64,000 nucleotides of DNA from Acidimicrobiia bacterium (GTDB lineage Bacteria > Actinomycetota > Acidimicrobiia > Spongiisociales > Spongiisociaceae): the NCBI GenBank assembly GCA_963663955.1, contig OY760694.1, positions 2,503,587-2,567,586 on the forward strand. The letters run 5' to 3'. The notes beneath the pieces are model-generated. The model saw only the letters and a program-made list of their open reading frames with translations. It ran no database searches and was not told where the DNA came from. The position numbers and the translations under genes are program-made. Shown here piece after piece: positions 13,825 through 22,743 of this stretch (the stretch's first letter is position 1; each line of letters begins with the position of its first letter).

Positions 13825-14255
13825 ACGGGTGATCAGGCCCGCCTCGATGGTCTTCCCCAAGCCAGTGTCGTCGGCAATCAGCAAGTTGACCCGCGGGAGC
13901 AGCAGCGCCTTACGCAGCGGGTTTCCATCTGATAGGCGTCGATAGTGATCCCTGCCCGGAAAGGCGCCTGGAACAGGGTCGGGTCGGTGGCAGTGGTGCA
14001 GTTCCACCGCAACGTGTTGAGAAAAGCAGCGAATTGGTGCGGCGGGTCCAACCCCTTAGTGGCCAGGCCCTCCCATCCCGCATCCTCGATGATCAGGCGG
14101 TCAGGCTCGTACTCCCAGAACACCTCGAGCGACTGACCCTGGTTGTCGTCGTCCACACAGGCCAGTCGGACCCGGGGCGACTCCGCCGGCTTGTCGGATT
14201 GGGCGACCTCCTCGACGATCCAGCGCCGAGATCGAACCTGGACCAGTTCACCCAC
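13825..14255 (-). pseudogene. SNF2-family helicase N-terminal fragment (motif I), separated from the rest by the IS3 composite insertion
   Basis: ORF 13878..14255 (...GITIDAYQMET) and ORF 13822..14007 (PLRKALLLPRVNLLIADDTGLGKTIEAGLITR = SNF2 motif I) are offset by 1 nt at the GAAACCC run around 13920-13926. The fragment ends exactly at the IS3 right inverted repeat (13824). Confidence 0.6.
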
Positions 14256-14321
14256 GTCGGGCGGACCCGTAGGGAGAAGAACGATGTCAACCTCCTCTCA
14301 CCGCCGGTTCGGAACGCTCGA

Positions 14322-16066
14322 TATCCTAGGAGCCTGCTGTTCTATGGGGGTTGTGGTGTAGCGGGTTGTGTGGGTGGGGGGTGTGTTTTGGTGGTTCGGG
14401 GCGGGGTTTTGGGGTTTGTTCGATGTTGGGGGGCCGGTTTATGCGGTGTGGGCTGGTTATGCGGGGTTGAGGGTCCAGCGGGTGTTTGTGTGGGTGAGTC
14501 CGAGGTTGGTGAGGCGTTGTAGGTTGACGGCTGCTGCTCTGGTGGTGAGCCATTGTTTGTTGCGGGTTAGTCCTCGGTAGGGGACGCGTCTGGCTTTGCC
14601 TCGGGTGAGCCAGGCGATGGTTCGTTCCACGAGCGGCCTCCGGGTGCGGTAGGTGGTTTGGTTTCCGGGTTCCTTGAAGCGTGTCTTGTTGGCTTCCCGC
14701 CGGTCGTGGTGTTCGTCGACTGTGACGGTGCGTCCTGCTTTGGCGGTGGTGCACCGGGCCCTCAGTGGGCAGCCGTTGCATCGTTTCGCAAAGCGGGCGG
14801 TTCCTCCGGGGCGTATGCTGGCGGTGTGTCCGGCGGGGCATGTCACGGTTCGTGCCCCGGTGTCGATAGTGAAATCGTCGCGGTGGTATCCGCCTTCGAT
14901 GCGGGTTTTGCGTACGATCGGTTTCACGATGGGGGTGTGACCTGCTTCTTCGAACGTTTTGAGCGCCGGACCCGACGCGTAAGCGGAGTCGGCGAGTATC
15001 ACGGTTTCGGGGGGTTCTTCGGCTATAAGATCGGCGATGCTGCCGGCGTCTGTGGTGTTAGCCGCGGTGAGATCCGTAGTGGTGACCAACCCGGTTTCGG
15101 GTTCCACCGCGACATGTGCTTTGTAACCGTCCCGCTTGGCGGACCGGGTTTTGTGACCGTGCCGGGCTTCGGGGTCCACCACCGAGATTGTCCGGTCCTT
15201 GGCGACACGGCGGGCTATCCGCCAACGGCCTTCCCGGTCGGGGTCCTGTTCCACGTCCTGGCCGCACACCACTCCCAACAAACCCAGAGCTTCGACCTGG
15301 TCCGAATCCAGTTTCATGTCCTTGACCGTTTCGATCAGCTTCAGGCCGTCTGTGACCAACCCGTTGATCAACTCGGAACGGGACTCCGGATCGGACCAAT
15401 CACAGGACGGTTTCGTCTTCGATTCGTAATCATGCGCTACCAACACCACATCGGCGGCTTCGGGTATCAGACGGCGGCAACGCCGTATCTGGGATGAGAT
15501 CATCGTTACCGTGTCCTGAGTAGCAACCGCGTCATCCAAAATCGTGGAATCCAGAGCCCGACGATCCTTACCCGCCAACACCCCCGACTCTGCAACCACT
15601 TCCCGCACCGCGTCGAAGATACGCTCAGGCTTCTTACTCGCCCGCAGCCTCGCCCGCCACCGGGTCAACACCGTCGGATGAAACCCCTCATCCACCAACG
15701 ACAAACCCGCCGCTGCTTTCCAGGCGATGTCACAACGCAGCCGCTCAACCGCTTCCCGATCCGAAACAGCCTCCAAAGCCTGCAACACCAACACAGTCGC
15801 AATCACAGAACCCGGAACCGACGGGCGACCCCGCCCACTACCAAACAAATCCGCGAACATCCCGTCGGGAAACAAACGGAGGCGATGCTCCGCTAGAAAC
15901 CGGTACACCGAACCCACCGGCACCAACCCCCCACACAACCCCATCGTATCCAACAACTCACGATCAAAACGTTCAACACCCTGCATAACCCCCACAATAA
16001 CACCACCAAACACAAAACGCGAATACCCCCGGGCCCGACCACCCGAATAAAACAGCAGTCTCCTAG
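14322..16066 (-). mobile_element. IS1182-family (IS4/IS5 superfamily) insertion sequence upstream of the helicase gene
   Basis: Terminal inverted repeats CCTAGGAGCCTGCTGTT (14323-14339) and AACAGCAGTCTCCTAG (16049-16064), 1 mismatch. Encloses a 518-aa DDE transposase. Confidence 0.75.
14457..16013 (-). CDS. IS1182-family DDE transposase (intact)
   Basis: ...ILADSAYASGPALKTFEEAGHTPIVKP...RPLVERTIAWLTRGKARRVPYRGLTRNKQWLTTRAAAVNLQRL, the C-terminal signature of IS1182/IS5-like transposases. Confidence 0.8.
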   Translation of the reverse strand: MFGGVIVGVMQGVERFDRELLDTMGLCGGLVPVGSVYRFLAEHRLRLFPDGMFADLFGSGRGRPSVPGSVIATVLVLQALEAVSDREAVERLRCDIAWKAAAGLSLVDEGFHPTVLTRWRARLRASKKPERIFDAVREVVAESGVLAGKDRRALDSTILDDAVATQDTVTMISSQIRRCRRLIPEAADVVLVAHDYESKTKPSCDWSDPESRSELINGLVTDGLKLIETVKDMKLDSDQVEALGLLGVVCGQDVEQDPDREGRWRIARRVAKDRTISVVDPEARHGHKTRSAKRDGYKAHVAVEPETGLVTTTDLTAANTTDAGSIADLIAEEPPETVILADSAYASGPALKTFEEAGHTPIVKPIVRKTRIEGGYHRDDFTIDTGARTVTCPAGHTASIRPGGTARFAKRCNGCPLRARCTTAKAGRTVTVDEHHDRREANKTRFKEPGNQTTYRTRRPLVERTIAWLTRGKARRVPYRGLTRNKQWLTTRAAAVNLQRLTNLGLTHTNTRWTLNPA

Positions 16067-16518
16067 ACCTTCACCCTGACATCCTAAAGGGAGCACTCTC
16101 CTGATCTAGGACCCGAACCCCTTGTATCCAGGACGAAGTCGAACCCAACAGGGCCCGATACGAACGCACACAGACGCCCGGACTCCCCGACAATGTCGAA
16201 GATGGGACTCCAGAGCGCCTTGAAGTGAATGATGACGACCTGGCCAGGAACACCAAGGGCGGACTGCGGTCGGATCAACCAGATCCGGCGAAGTATCGCT
16301 ACCGAGTCCCGGCGGTCCAAGAATCTTTGATGCATGGCAGAAACAGCGAGGGCCATCCGTCGATTCCCGGCTCGTCGGTCGCTCAGGGCGCGCGCCGGGA
16401 GGCACTAGTCAGAACTTATACCAGACCTAATCCTTGGTACTGAGTAGGTACTCATCTGGCTACCGCTATAACGGAAAACGAAGGGGCTCGCTGACACCCA
16501 CGTTCGCTTGCAGTCACC

Positions 16519-17322
16519 ATGTGGATCGGTATGGTGGAACGTATGAGCAGACGTGAGCCAGAAGGCAATCGAGCAACTCCTCACGACACGGTGGACGCCA
16601 TCGCTAAGTCTAGCCGGCGGACGGCTTTTCCTCTGCGCCGAATGTTTCTCCAACAGAAGCGGGGTGACGAGACTCGACCGGGCCCGCTGGCTAGATTCGT
16701 CTCAGCGGGTGACCGCACGGGTCTACTCCTGTACTTCTTGGCCCTTACCAAGGCGAGCCAGAAACCTTGGAACGTTTCGCTCCACTCGGCGGTCTGGGCG
16801 AGGGCAATAGACCTGCCCCTTCCTGACACGACAACCGCTCGGGGTCGCGTGTCGAAAGCGTGGTCTCGGCTCGCTGATCGAGACTTGGTGGTCCGAGCTC
16901 GGCAGGGCCGCCTGGCCAAGTTCACGTTGCTACGCGAGGACGGGTCTGGCTCTCCCTACACGAGACCCGAGCGTGCCTTCGTGAAAGTCCCACACGTTTT
17001 GTGGACCAACGGGCCCGTGGCATCAAAGCGGTGGTATCAACTACTGACCCTGCCTGAGCTCGCCTTCCTAATCATTGCGTTGAGTAACTTGGACGACTTC
17101 TCTCTTCCGGTCGAACGTGGTCCCGATTACTACGGTGTCTCGGCCGATACCCTGCTGCGCGGATACACGGGTCTCCAGAATCATGACCTTCTGGTGGTCC
17201 GGAGCAACGCGTTCACCGCCCCCCTGTCGCCTACCGGACTGTCATACGAGAACCGCTACACGTTGAAGCCGCCCTTCGGTCCGGTCGGCAAGGTCAGCAA
17301 GGCGAGGAGCCGTGCCCGATGA
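16519..17322 (+). CDS. Hypothetical protein (possible wHTH)
   Basis: 267-aa ORF with alternative starts at 16531 and 16543. Stop overlaps the next ORF's start as ATGA (17319-17322). No recognisable catalytic motif. Confidence 0.4.
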   Translation: MWIGMVERMSRREPEGNRATPHDTVDAIAKSSRRTAFPLRRMFLQQKRGDETRPGPLARFVSAGDRTGLLLYFLALTKASQKPWNVSLHSAVWARAIDLPLPDTTTARGRVSKAWSRLADRDLVVRARQGRLAKFTLLREDGSGSPYTRPERAFVKVPHVLWTNGPVASKRWYQLLTLPELAFLIIALSNLDDFSLPVERGPDYYGVSADTLLRGYTGLQNHDLLVVRSNAFTAPLSPTGLSYENRYTLKPPFGPVGKVSKARSRAR

Positions 17323-17858
17323 GTCGGCAAGCGTACGCTGACGAGTCTGTGCGTGGGCGCGACTACATGCTTGGGGTCACGCTTGTTCCATCGAGCGAAG
17401 TAAAGGCCACCCGCAGGGCGCTACGGGCCTTGGTCTTGCGTGGTCAACGACGGATCCACTTCTCGAGCGAGAGCAACCACCGCCGTCGGGCCCTCCTGAG
17501 TGATATCGCTGCCCTCGAGACGAGTTCGACTATCTACCTTGCTCGGCACCATGATCAACCGGCGGCTCGCGATGCCCTTCTCACGGCGATGGTGCACGAC
17601 CTACTGAAGGAGCCGACGGCGCGGCTCGTGCTCGAATCACGCGCAGGCCAGGATCAGCGAGACCGCTCGGTCATCTGGCGCGCTATCGGCTCGAGCAGCC
17701 GGACGCGTCTTGCCTACGGTCACGAAGTTGGTTACCACGAGCCGTTGCTGTGGGTGCCCGATGCAGTCGCCTGGGCATGGGGTCGAGGTGGTCGCTGGAG
17801 ACAGACGGTAAGCGATCTTGGGCTGGTAACCGAGATCAAGAACATTGAGGTTTCCTAG
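17319..17858 (+). CDS. Hypothetical protein with RNase H-like N-terminal motifs
   Basis: N-terminal AYADESV...YMLGVTLV resembles the RNase H first-strand motif (YTDGS...G..GvvL), followed by SSEVKATRRALRAL (candidate Glu plus helix). Weak; function not established. Confidence 0.35.
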   Translation: MSRQAYADESVRGRDYMLGVTLVPSSEVKATRRALRALVLRGQRRIHFSSESNHRRRALLSDIAALETSSTIYLARHHDQPAARDALLTAMVHDLLKEPTARLVLESRAGQDQRDRSVIWRAIGSSSRTRLAYGHEVGYHEPLLWVPDAVAWAWGRGGRWRQTVSDLGLVTEIKNIEVS

Positions 17859-17868
17859 AAGCGCGCAA

Positions 17869-17902
17869 GCCCGGCCGCTCTCCGTCCGGAGAGGAGCCGG
17901 GC
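17869..17902 (+). terminator. GC-rich stem-loop (intrinsic-terminator-like) directly after the stop of ORF 17319..17858
   Basis: GCCCGGCCGCTCTCC-GTCC-GGAGAGGAGCCGGGC: 15-bp stem with one 2-nt internal mismatch and a 4-nt loop. No U-tract follows, which is common in high-GC actinobacteria. Confidence 0.35.
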
Positions 17903-18140
17903 CTACTTCCTTGGTCTACTGCCCTTGGCAATTGCATTATCACTTGACGGAGTCACGATTTCAACCGGAATTACAGACGACGATCCTCAGGGTAACCAAT
18001 TGCACGACGGCGCCGACTCCGCAAAAGGGTCCGAGACGCGTTGGAAACGTCGAAAAGAAAGGGCACACACAACCCCAATCAGGCCAAACGGAAACCGACA
18101 ACCAATCGGGGCATTCAGGTTTTGGGTACCGGTGCCACGC

Positions 18141-18500
18141 TCATGGAGTCGGCTCGAATCCCGCGCATCCCTCCGCCTCGATCACCTCGAAAGTCTCGGT
18201 AGGAAGCTCGATAACCTGCATGACGGCAACTTCGGAGCCGTCTATTACCACTGTCCCGGTGCGGGCGCTGTCCACATGAACGGAGGGCTGGTGGGAGTCG
18301 TAGGTGGTCGACCAATCCACCATCGCATCGAACGGGGTCCTCTCACCTTCATGGTCCCATAGGTAGGGGATCGTCACCGACCAGGCCGCCTCGGAGCAGT
18401 CGATAGCTCCGTCGAACCCCTCCGGACTCTCGGAAGAACCACACGCCACAACCGAGAGCAGCACGAGGGCCGCCGACGGCGCGAGGTTAAGCAGTCTCAT
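18141..18500 (-). CDS. Small lipoprotein (hypothetical)
   Basis: Signal peptide plus lipobox MRLLNLAPSAALVLLSVVACGSS. Start overlaps the enoyl-CoA hydratase stop. Confidence 0.4.
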   Translation of the reverse strand: MRLLNLAPSAALVLLSVVACGSSESPEGFDGAIDCSEAAWSVTIPYLWDHEGERTPFDAMVDWSTTYDSHQPSVHVDSARTGTVVIDGSEVAVMQVIELPTETFEVIEAEGCAGFEPTP

Positions 18501-19291
18501 GTCCCGGTGAAACTCGCCTTGCGTTTCTCGAGAAAGGCGGAAACGCCTTCTTTGGCGTCATCGCCGGCGAACGCCTCGTCGAAAGCGGTGGCTTCGACAG
18601 CCAGCGCCTCGTCAATCGGTCGCCCCCACCCTTCATTAATCGCACGCTTAGCCATGGAGAGAGCTACGGACGGGCCGGTCGCGTAGCGGGTGGCATCGGC
18701 CATCGCCGCAGAGAGCAACTCGTCGGCGGGAAACACCTTGTCGGCCAGCCCGATAGCCAGGGCCTCTTCCGCCCCGATGTGGCGACCGGAGTAGATCAGT
18801 TCGCGAGCCCGGTTGAGACCGACCAACCGGGGAAGCCGTTGGGTTCCTCCGGCGCCGGGGATGATCCCCAGCCGGATCTCCGGCTGGCCGACCTGGGCAT
18901 CTTCGGCCAGGTACCGGAAGTCGGCGCCTAGCGCCAACTCGCATCCGCCCCCGAGGGCATAACCGAACACCGTCGCGATCACCGGCTTCGGTAGCTGCTC
19001 CAACCTTCTGATGACCGTACCGATACGAAGTTCATCCAGACCCTTCGAACCCCCTTCGTGGGCATCTTTGAATAGGTTGATGTCGGCGCCGGCCGCGAAG
19101 TGCGGACGCCCTGTGATGACGACCGCCCGAACGGCGCCATCGGAGGCGAGGTTGATAGTTGCATCGAGATCTTCGACCAACTGCGTTGAAAGGGCATTGA
19201 CCGGCGGGCGGTTCAACTCGATGACTCCGACCGCACCCTCGACTGTGTAGGACACCAGTTCCACGTTTCCTCTCCTCCTGAGCGCGTTCAA
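18497..19291 (-). CDS. Enoyl-CoA hydratase/isomerase (crotonase family)
   Basis: VGVIELNRPPVNAL, FAAGADI, GYALGGGCELALGADFR, GIIPGAGGTQRLPRLVG. Confidence 0.85.
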   Translation of the reverse strand: MNALRRRGNVELVSYTVEGAVGVIELNRPPVNALSTQLVEDLDATINLASDGAVRAVVITGRPHFAAGADINLFKDAHEGGSKGLDELRIGTVIRRLEQLPKPVIATVFGYALGGGCELALGADFRYLAEDAQVGQPEIRLGIIPGAGGTQRLPRLVGLNRARELIYSGRHIGAEEALAIGLADKVFPADELLSAAMADATRYATGPSVALSMAKRAINEGWGRPIDEALAVEATAFDEAFAGDDAKEGVSAFLEKRKASFTGT

Positions 19292-19294
19292 AGG

Positions 19295-20083
19295 TTAGAT
19301 GGATACGCCGGTCTCGGACAGATGGGCGCCATGGCTTTCGAGAGCCCTCCACAACTCCTCGATCCCCCGCCCTTTGGTGGCGACCGTCTCGACCACCGGC
19401 GGAAGCCAAGACCGTCGAGGCCCCATGGCAAGCATCGCTTCCAGATCTCTCCGGGCCCGAGCGGCCCCCGGACGGTCCGCTTTGTTAACCACGAACACAT
19501 CCCCGATCTCCATCAGTCCGGCCTTACCCGCTTGCACGCTGTCACCCCAGCCGGGCGTAACCACCACCAAGGTGGTGTCCACATGGTGCATGACCTCCAC
19601 CTCGGACTGGCCCACCCCTACCGTTTCGATAAGGATGATTTCGAAACCGGCCCCGTCGAGCAGACTGGCCACGTCCGGCACGGCCGCCGCAAGCCCACCG
19701 AGGTGACCCCGTCCGGCCATAGACCGAAGGTACACCCCCGGATCGACGATGTGGTCCTGCATCCGGATGCGATCGCCCAGAATGGCGCCCCCACTGAACG
19801 GACTGGAAGGATCGACCGCGATCACCCCCACCGTGTGACCGATCTTCCGGATGTGGGAGATCAGTAGAGATAAGAGCGTGCTCTTCCCCACCCCGGGCGC
19901 ACCGGTGACACCGATTCTGGGCGCCTTCCGAGAGTACAAGGAGAATCCTTCCACGATAACCGGACCATCCGGCGACCCATCCTCGACCGCGGTGATCGCC
20001 TTGGCTAGGGCGCGGCGATCGCCCGATCTCGCTTTCCGAACCAATCCGGTCGGGTCGGGCAAGCGGGCCGAGGGCCGATCCAT
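19295..20083 (-). CDS. meaB: Methylmalonyl-CoA mutase-associated GTPase MeaB/ArgK
   Basis: P-loop GVTGAPGVGKSTL, VIAVDPSSPFSGGAILGDRIRM, VVNKADR. Confidence 0.8.
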   Translation of the reverse strand: MDRPSARLPDPTGLVRKARSGDRRALAKAITAVEDGSPDGPVIVEGFSLYSRKAPRIGVTGAPGVGKSTLLSLLISHIRKIGHTVGVIAVDPSSPFSGGAILGDRIRMQDHIVDPGVYLRSMAGRGHLGGLAAAVPDVASLLDGAGFEIILIETVGVGQSEVEVMHHVDTTLVVVTPGWGDSVQAGKAGLMEIGDVFVVNKADRPGAARARRDLEAMLAMGPRRSWLPPVVETVATKGRGIEELWRALESHGAHLSETGVSI

Positions 20084-20131
20084 CCCGCTCAGCCGGCTAG
20101 CGGTCGGGAGTGCAACGAAGGTGGTCCGGAC

Positions 20132-20419
20132 TCAAGTGGCATTTACGGCGGTGACCCCGGGAACCCGATCCGTGAGTATGCGCTCGATTCCGGCGGTGAG
20201 GGTCATCATCGACATGGGGCACCCGCTGCACGCGCCGACCAGGTCGAGGTTCACAGTCCCATCGTCATCCACCCCGAGCAGGACCAGATCGCCACCGTCA
20301 TGCTGGAGGGCCGGCCGGATATATTCAAGCGTGGAATCGAGCAGGTCGCGGTCGACCTGGCCGGGCTCGCCAGCAGGCCGCGGCGGCTTGATGGTTACAA
20401 CAGTCTCCGATACGGCCAT
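20132..20419 (-). CDS. NifU-like (Nfu-type) Fe-S cluster assembly domain protein
   Basis: 95 aa containing ...GGDLVLLGVDDDGTVNLDLVGACSGCPMS... (CxxC NifU C-terminal domain). Confidence 0.65.
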   Translation of the reverse strand: MAVSETVVTIKPPRPAGEPGQVDRDLLDSTLEYIRPALQHDGGDLVLLGVDDDGTVNLDLVGACSGCPMSMMTLTAGIERILTDRVPGVTAVNAT

Positions 20420-20487
20420 GGCCGGTTGACTCCTGTCGGTAGGCGAGTTGATAACGATTTTAGGGGGTTCGAAGACTTGTGGGGGCT

Positions 20488-20693
20488 AACCCTGATTATT
20501 CAGGTTTCTCACACACCGGGGCATGTAACGCCAGTTCAACCCGAGTATTGGGAGAAACCCGCCGTTCACCCGGCAGGTGAATCTCTATACCGGGCCGGGA
20601 TGGGAAACGCCTATAGCTGTATTCCCTGGTCAGGGCGCGAATATGGTCTACTCCGCTCATCCTCCAAACCCCTATCCGTGAATAATCGGGGCT
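20488..20693. repeat. ~205-bp intergenic element with ~16-bp terminal inverted repeats (MITE-like or structured sRNA), copy A
   Basis: GCCCTGATTATTCAGG at the start and CCGTGAATAATCGGGGC at the end (reverse-complement match). About 85% identical to 32192-32398. Contains an internal palindrome GTTCACCCGGCAGGTGAA. Confidence 0.6.
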
Positions 20694-21480
20694 AAGCGTC
20701 GAACGCGGTAGCCGAAAGTTGGAGGGAGAGATACCCCGTATCGAGATCCTCCTTGCGTACCCGAAGGTCCAAGTACACGACCCCCAAAACTACCCCGATG
20801 AAAGGCTGGGCGACCAACCACGCCATCTCGGACGCCACCCAAAACCCGAAATCACCAAGTAGAGGTACCGTGACCATTCCAAGGAGCAATCCCCCGGCGA
20901 TCTCCACAAACAACACGAGGGCGGTGGAGATCAGGAGAACACCGAATACACCCCAACGCCTACCCGAGGTCAGCCTCCAGGAACGGGACATAGCGGGGAG
21001 AGGACCGCCGCCCTCGACCATCAGGACCGGTAGGCAGGCGCACAAGGCCACCAGCATGTAGAAACCAGGCACAACGAACAGGGCGGATCCCGCTGTCACC
21101 GCCGCCCAGAACAAGATCGATACCACGGCGATGGCGACCATCCTGCTTATCGCCGCGGCCGCGTGCTGACGCCAGGGCGACTCCACCCCCACGTAGGCCT
21201 CCACCACCGTTCTGGATATCGCTGACAGAATGATGGCAATGATCAACAAGCGGATGATCAGCCAGGGCGCCATCGCCGACAGGACCTGCTGGAGTTCTTC
21301 AACGGTGGCGGCAGCAGTTAGAGAGGGTGGCGATTCCATGAGGATGGGGTAGAGAACCGCGTACGGGAGGATGAGAACCCCGGCGACGGCAATCAAGGTC
21401 CCCCACCTCTTGCGGTAGACCTTGAACGAGGTTCCGAGAATCTCCCCGATGGTCATCGGACGGAGTTGCAGCATGTCCAT
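20692..21480 (-). CDS. Integral membrane protein (hypothetical, ~6 TM)
   Basis: Hydrophobic segments throughout. No catalytic motif recognised. Confidence 0.45.
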   Translation of the reverse strand: MDMLQLRPMTIGEILGTSFKVYRKRWGTLIAVAGVLILPYAVLYPILMESPPSLTAAATVEELQQVLSAMAPWLIIRLLIIAIILSAISRTVVEAYVGVESPWRQHAAAAISRMVAIAVVSILFWAAVTAGSALFVVPGFYMLVALCACLPVLMVEGGGPLPAMSRSWRLTSGRRWGVFGVLLISTALVLFVEIAGGLLLGMVTVPLLGDFGFWVASEMAWLVAQPFIGVVLGVVYLDLRVRKEDLDTGYLSLQLSATAFDA

Positions 21481-21574
21481 GGACCCATCCTATCGGTAGT
21501 ACGGCGTCACACCCACCGGGCATCCGGTCCGGCACGGATTCGTGGAAGCTATTCTCTAAGGGAAGGAGGACGCT

Positions 21575-22018
21575 ACGAGAGTTGCCATAGGTTCGGACCA
21601 TGCGGGTTACCCGTTGAAGGACTACCTCACCCGGGTCATGGCGAGCGAGCACCATTTCGTCGACCTCGGGACCCATTCGACCGACTCGGTGGATTATCCG
21701 GACTTCGCCGCTGCCGTGGGGGAGTCCGTGAGAACCGGGCAGGTTGAGCGGGGCATCATCGTGTGCGGATCGGGTGCCGGAGCGGCGATCGCCGCCAACA
21801 AACTGACCGGGATACGGGCCGTGCTGGCTCACGATCACTACACCGCTCATCAGGCTGTGGAGCACGACGACGCCAACATCCTCTGCCTGGGCGGCCGGGT
21901 GATCGGCCGAGACACGGCCATCGAGTTGGTGCGAGCCTTCCTGAAGGCCGGTTTCTCGGGGGACGCGCGCCATGTTCGGCGCCTATCCAAGATAAGACAG
22001 CTAGAAGTAACCCGCTGA
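21575..22018 (+). CDS. rpiB: Ribose-5-phosphate isomerase B (RpiB/LacAB family)
   Basis: RVAIGSDHAGYPLKDYL..., GIIVCGSGAGAAIAANK, CLGGRVIG. No ATG/GTG/TTG in frame between the upstream stop (21557) and the conserved AIGSDHAG, so the start is unresolved. Confidence 0.75.
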   Translation, partial: TRVAIGSDHAGYPLKDYLTRVMASEHHFVDLGTHSTDSVDYPDFAAAVGESVRTGQVERGIIVCGSGAGAAIAANKLTGIRAVLAHDHYTAHQAVEHDDANILCLGGRVIGRDTAIELVRAFLKAGFSGDARHVRRLSKIRQLEVTR

Positions 22019-22082
22019 GCCGGTTTCCAGTTACCAGTTACTACTTGCGTGGTATATCGTTGTGTAGCGATCAACTCACGGG

Positions 22083-22721
22083 CTACGGAAGGCCCGAAAT
22101 CCACTCCGAGGTACGATCCACCATCCAGGTGACCACCTCCTCCTGGGTCCGGCCGCTTCGCTTAAGAACCCGGAACCCGTGGTCGGCGTGAGGGATGATC
22201 TCGATAGTTGCCCGCTCCAACGGAACCAACCATCGATCCACCTGTTCGGGAAGAGCCAGCGCATCCCGGCTACCGGTGAGAAACAGCATCCGGACCGGAA
22301 CCTTCGGAAGGTGGTCGGCCCTGATACGGTCCGGGCTCCGGGCGGGGTGGAGCGGGTAACCGTAGAAAACCAGCCCTTCGCATGGCTCCCCGTCCGCCGC
22401 CAGGTAGGAGGCCATCCTTCCTCCCATTGATCGGCCCGCCATCACCAGATGGGGAAATCGCTCCCGCAGCCAAGCGGCCGCCGCCCGATGGCAGGCAAGC
22501 AGCAGAGGATGGCGGTCGGGAAACCGGCGGCCTGCTTCCATGTAGGGGTAGTTGAAGGTAAGCACCGGATGCCCATTTTTTACCAGGCCATCCCGGATAG
22601 CGATGACACCAGGGTGGTCTTGGCCTGCTCCGGCGCCGTGAGCCAGGAGCACCGCGGTTCCGGCTGCATCGTCCGTACATACCCAACGACCAGACACGGA
22701 CCGGTCTTCCCATCCGATCAT
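22083..22721 (-). CDS. Alpha/beta hydrolase family protein
   Basis: LLAHGAGAGQDHPGV...AGRSMGGRMASY...FLTGSRD...HADHGF. Start taken at an internal Met to avoid overlapping the divergent pgl gene. Confidence 0.55.
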   Translation of the reverse strand: MIGWEDRSVSGRWVCTDDAAGTAVLLAHGAGAGQDHPGVIAIRDGLVKNGHPVLTFNYPYMEAGRRFPDRHPLLLACHRAAAAWLRERFPHLVMAGRSMGGRMASYLAADGEPCEGLVFYGYPLHPARSPDRIRADHLPKVPVRMLFLTGSRDALALPEQVDRWLVPLERATIEIIPHADHGFRVLKRSGRTQEEVVTWMVDRTSEWISGLP

Positions 22722-22743
22722 TACCCGTTCCGGATCGTTTCTC

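Noticed and set aside
16084-16405. Two overlapping 90-99-aa minus-strand ORFs between the IS1182 and the hypothetical gene pair
   Set aside because: No motifs and mutually overlapping frames. Could be a remnant of the IS target gene, but no evidence either way.
18149-18161. tRNA T-arm-like sequence GGCTCGAATCCCGCG
   Set aside because: It lies inside the lipoprotein CDS (18141..18500). The putative T-stem has a C-C mismatch, and no D-arm, anticodon arm or acceptor stem can be built. Coincidental.
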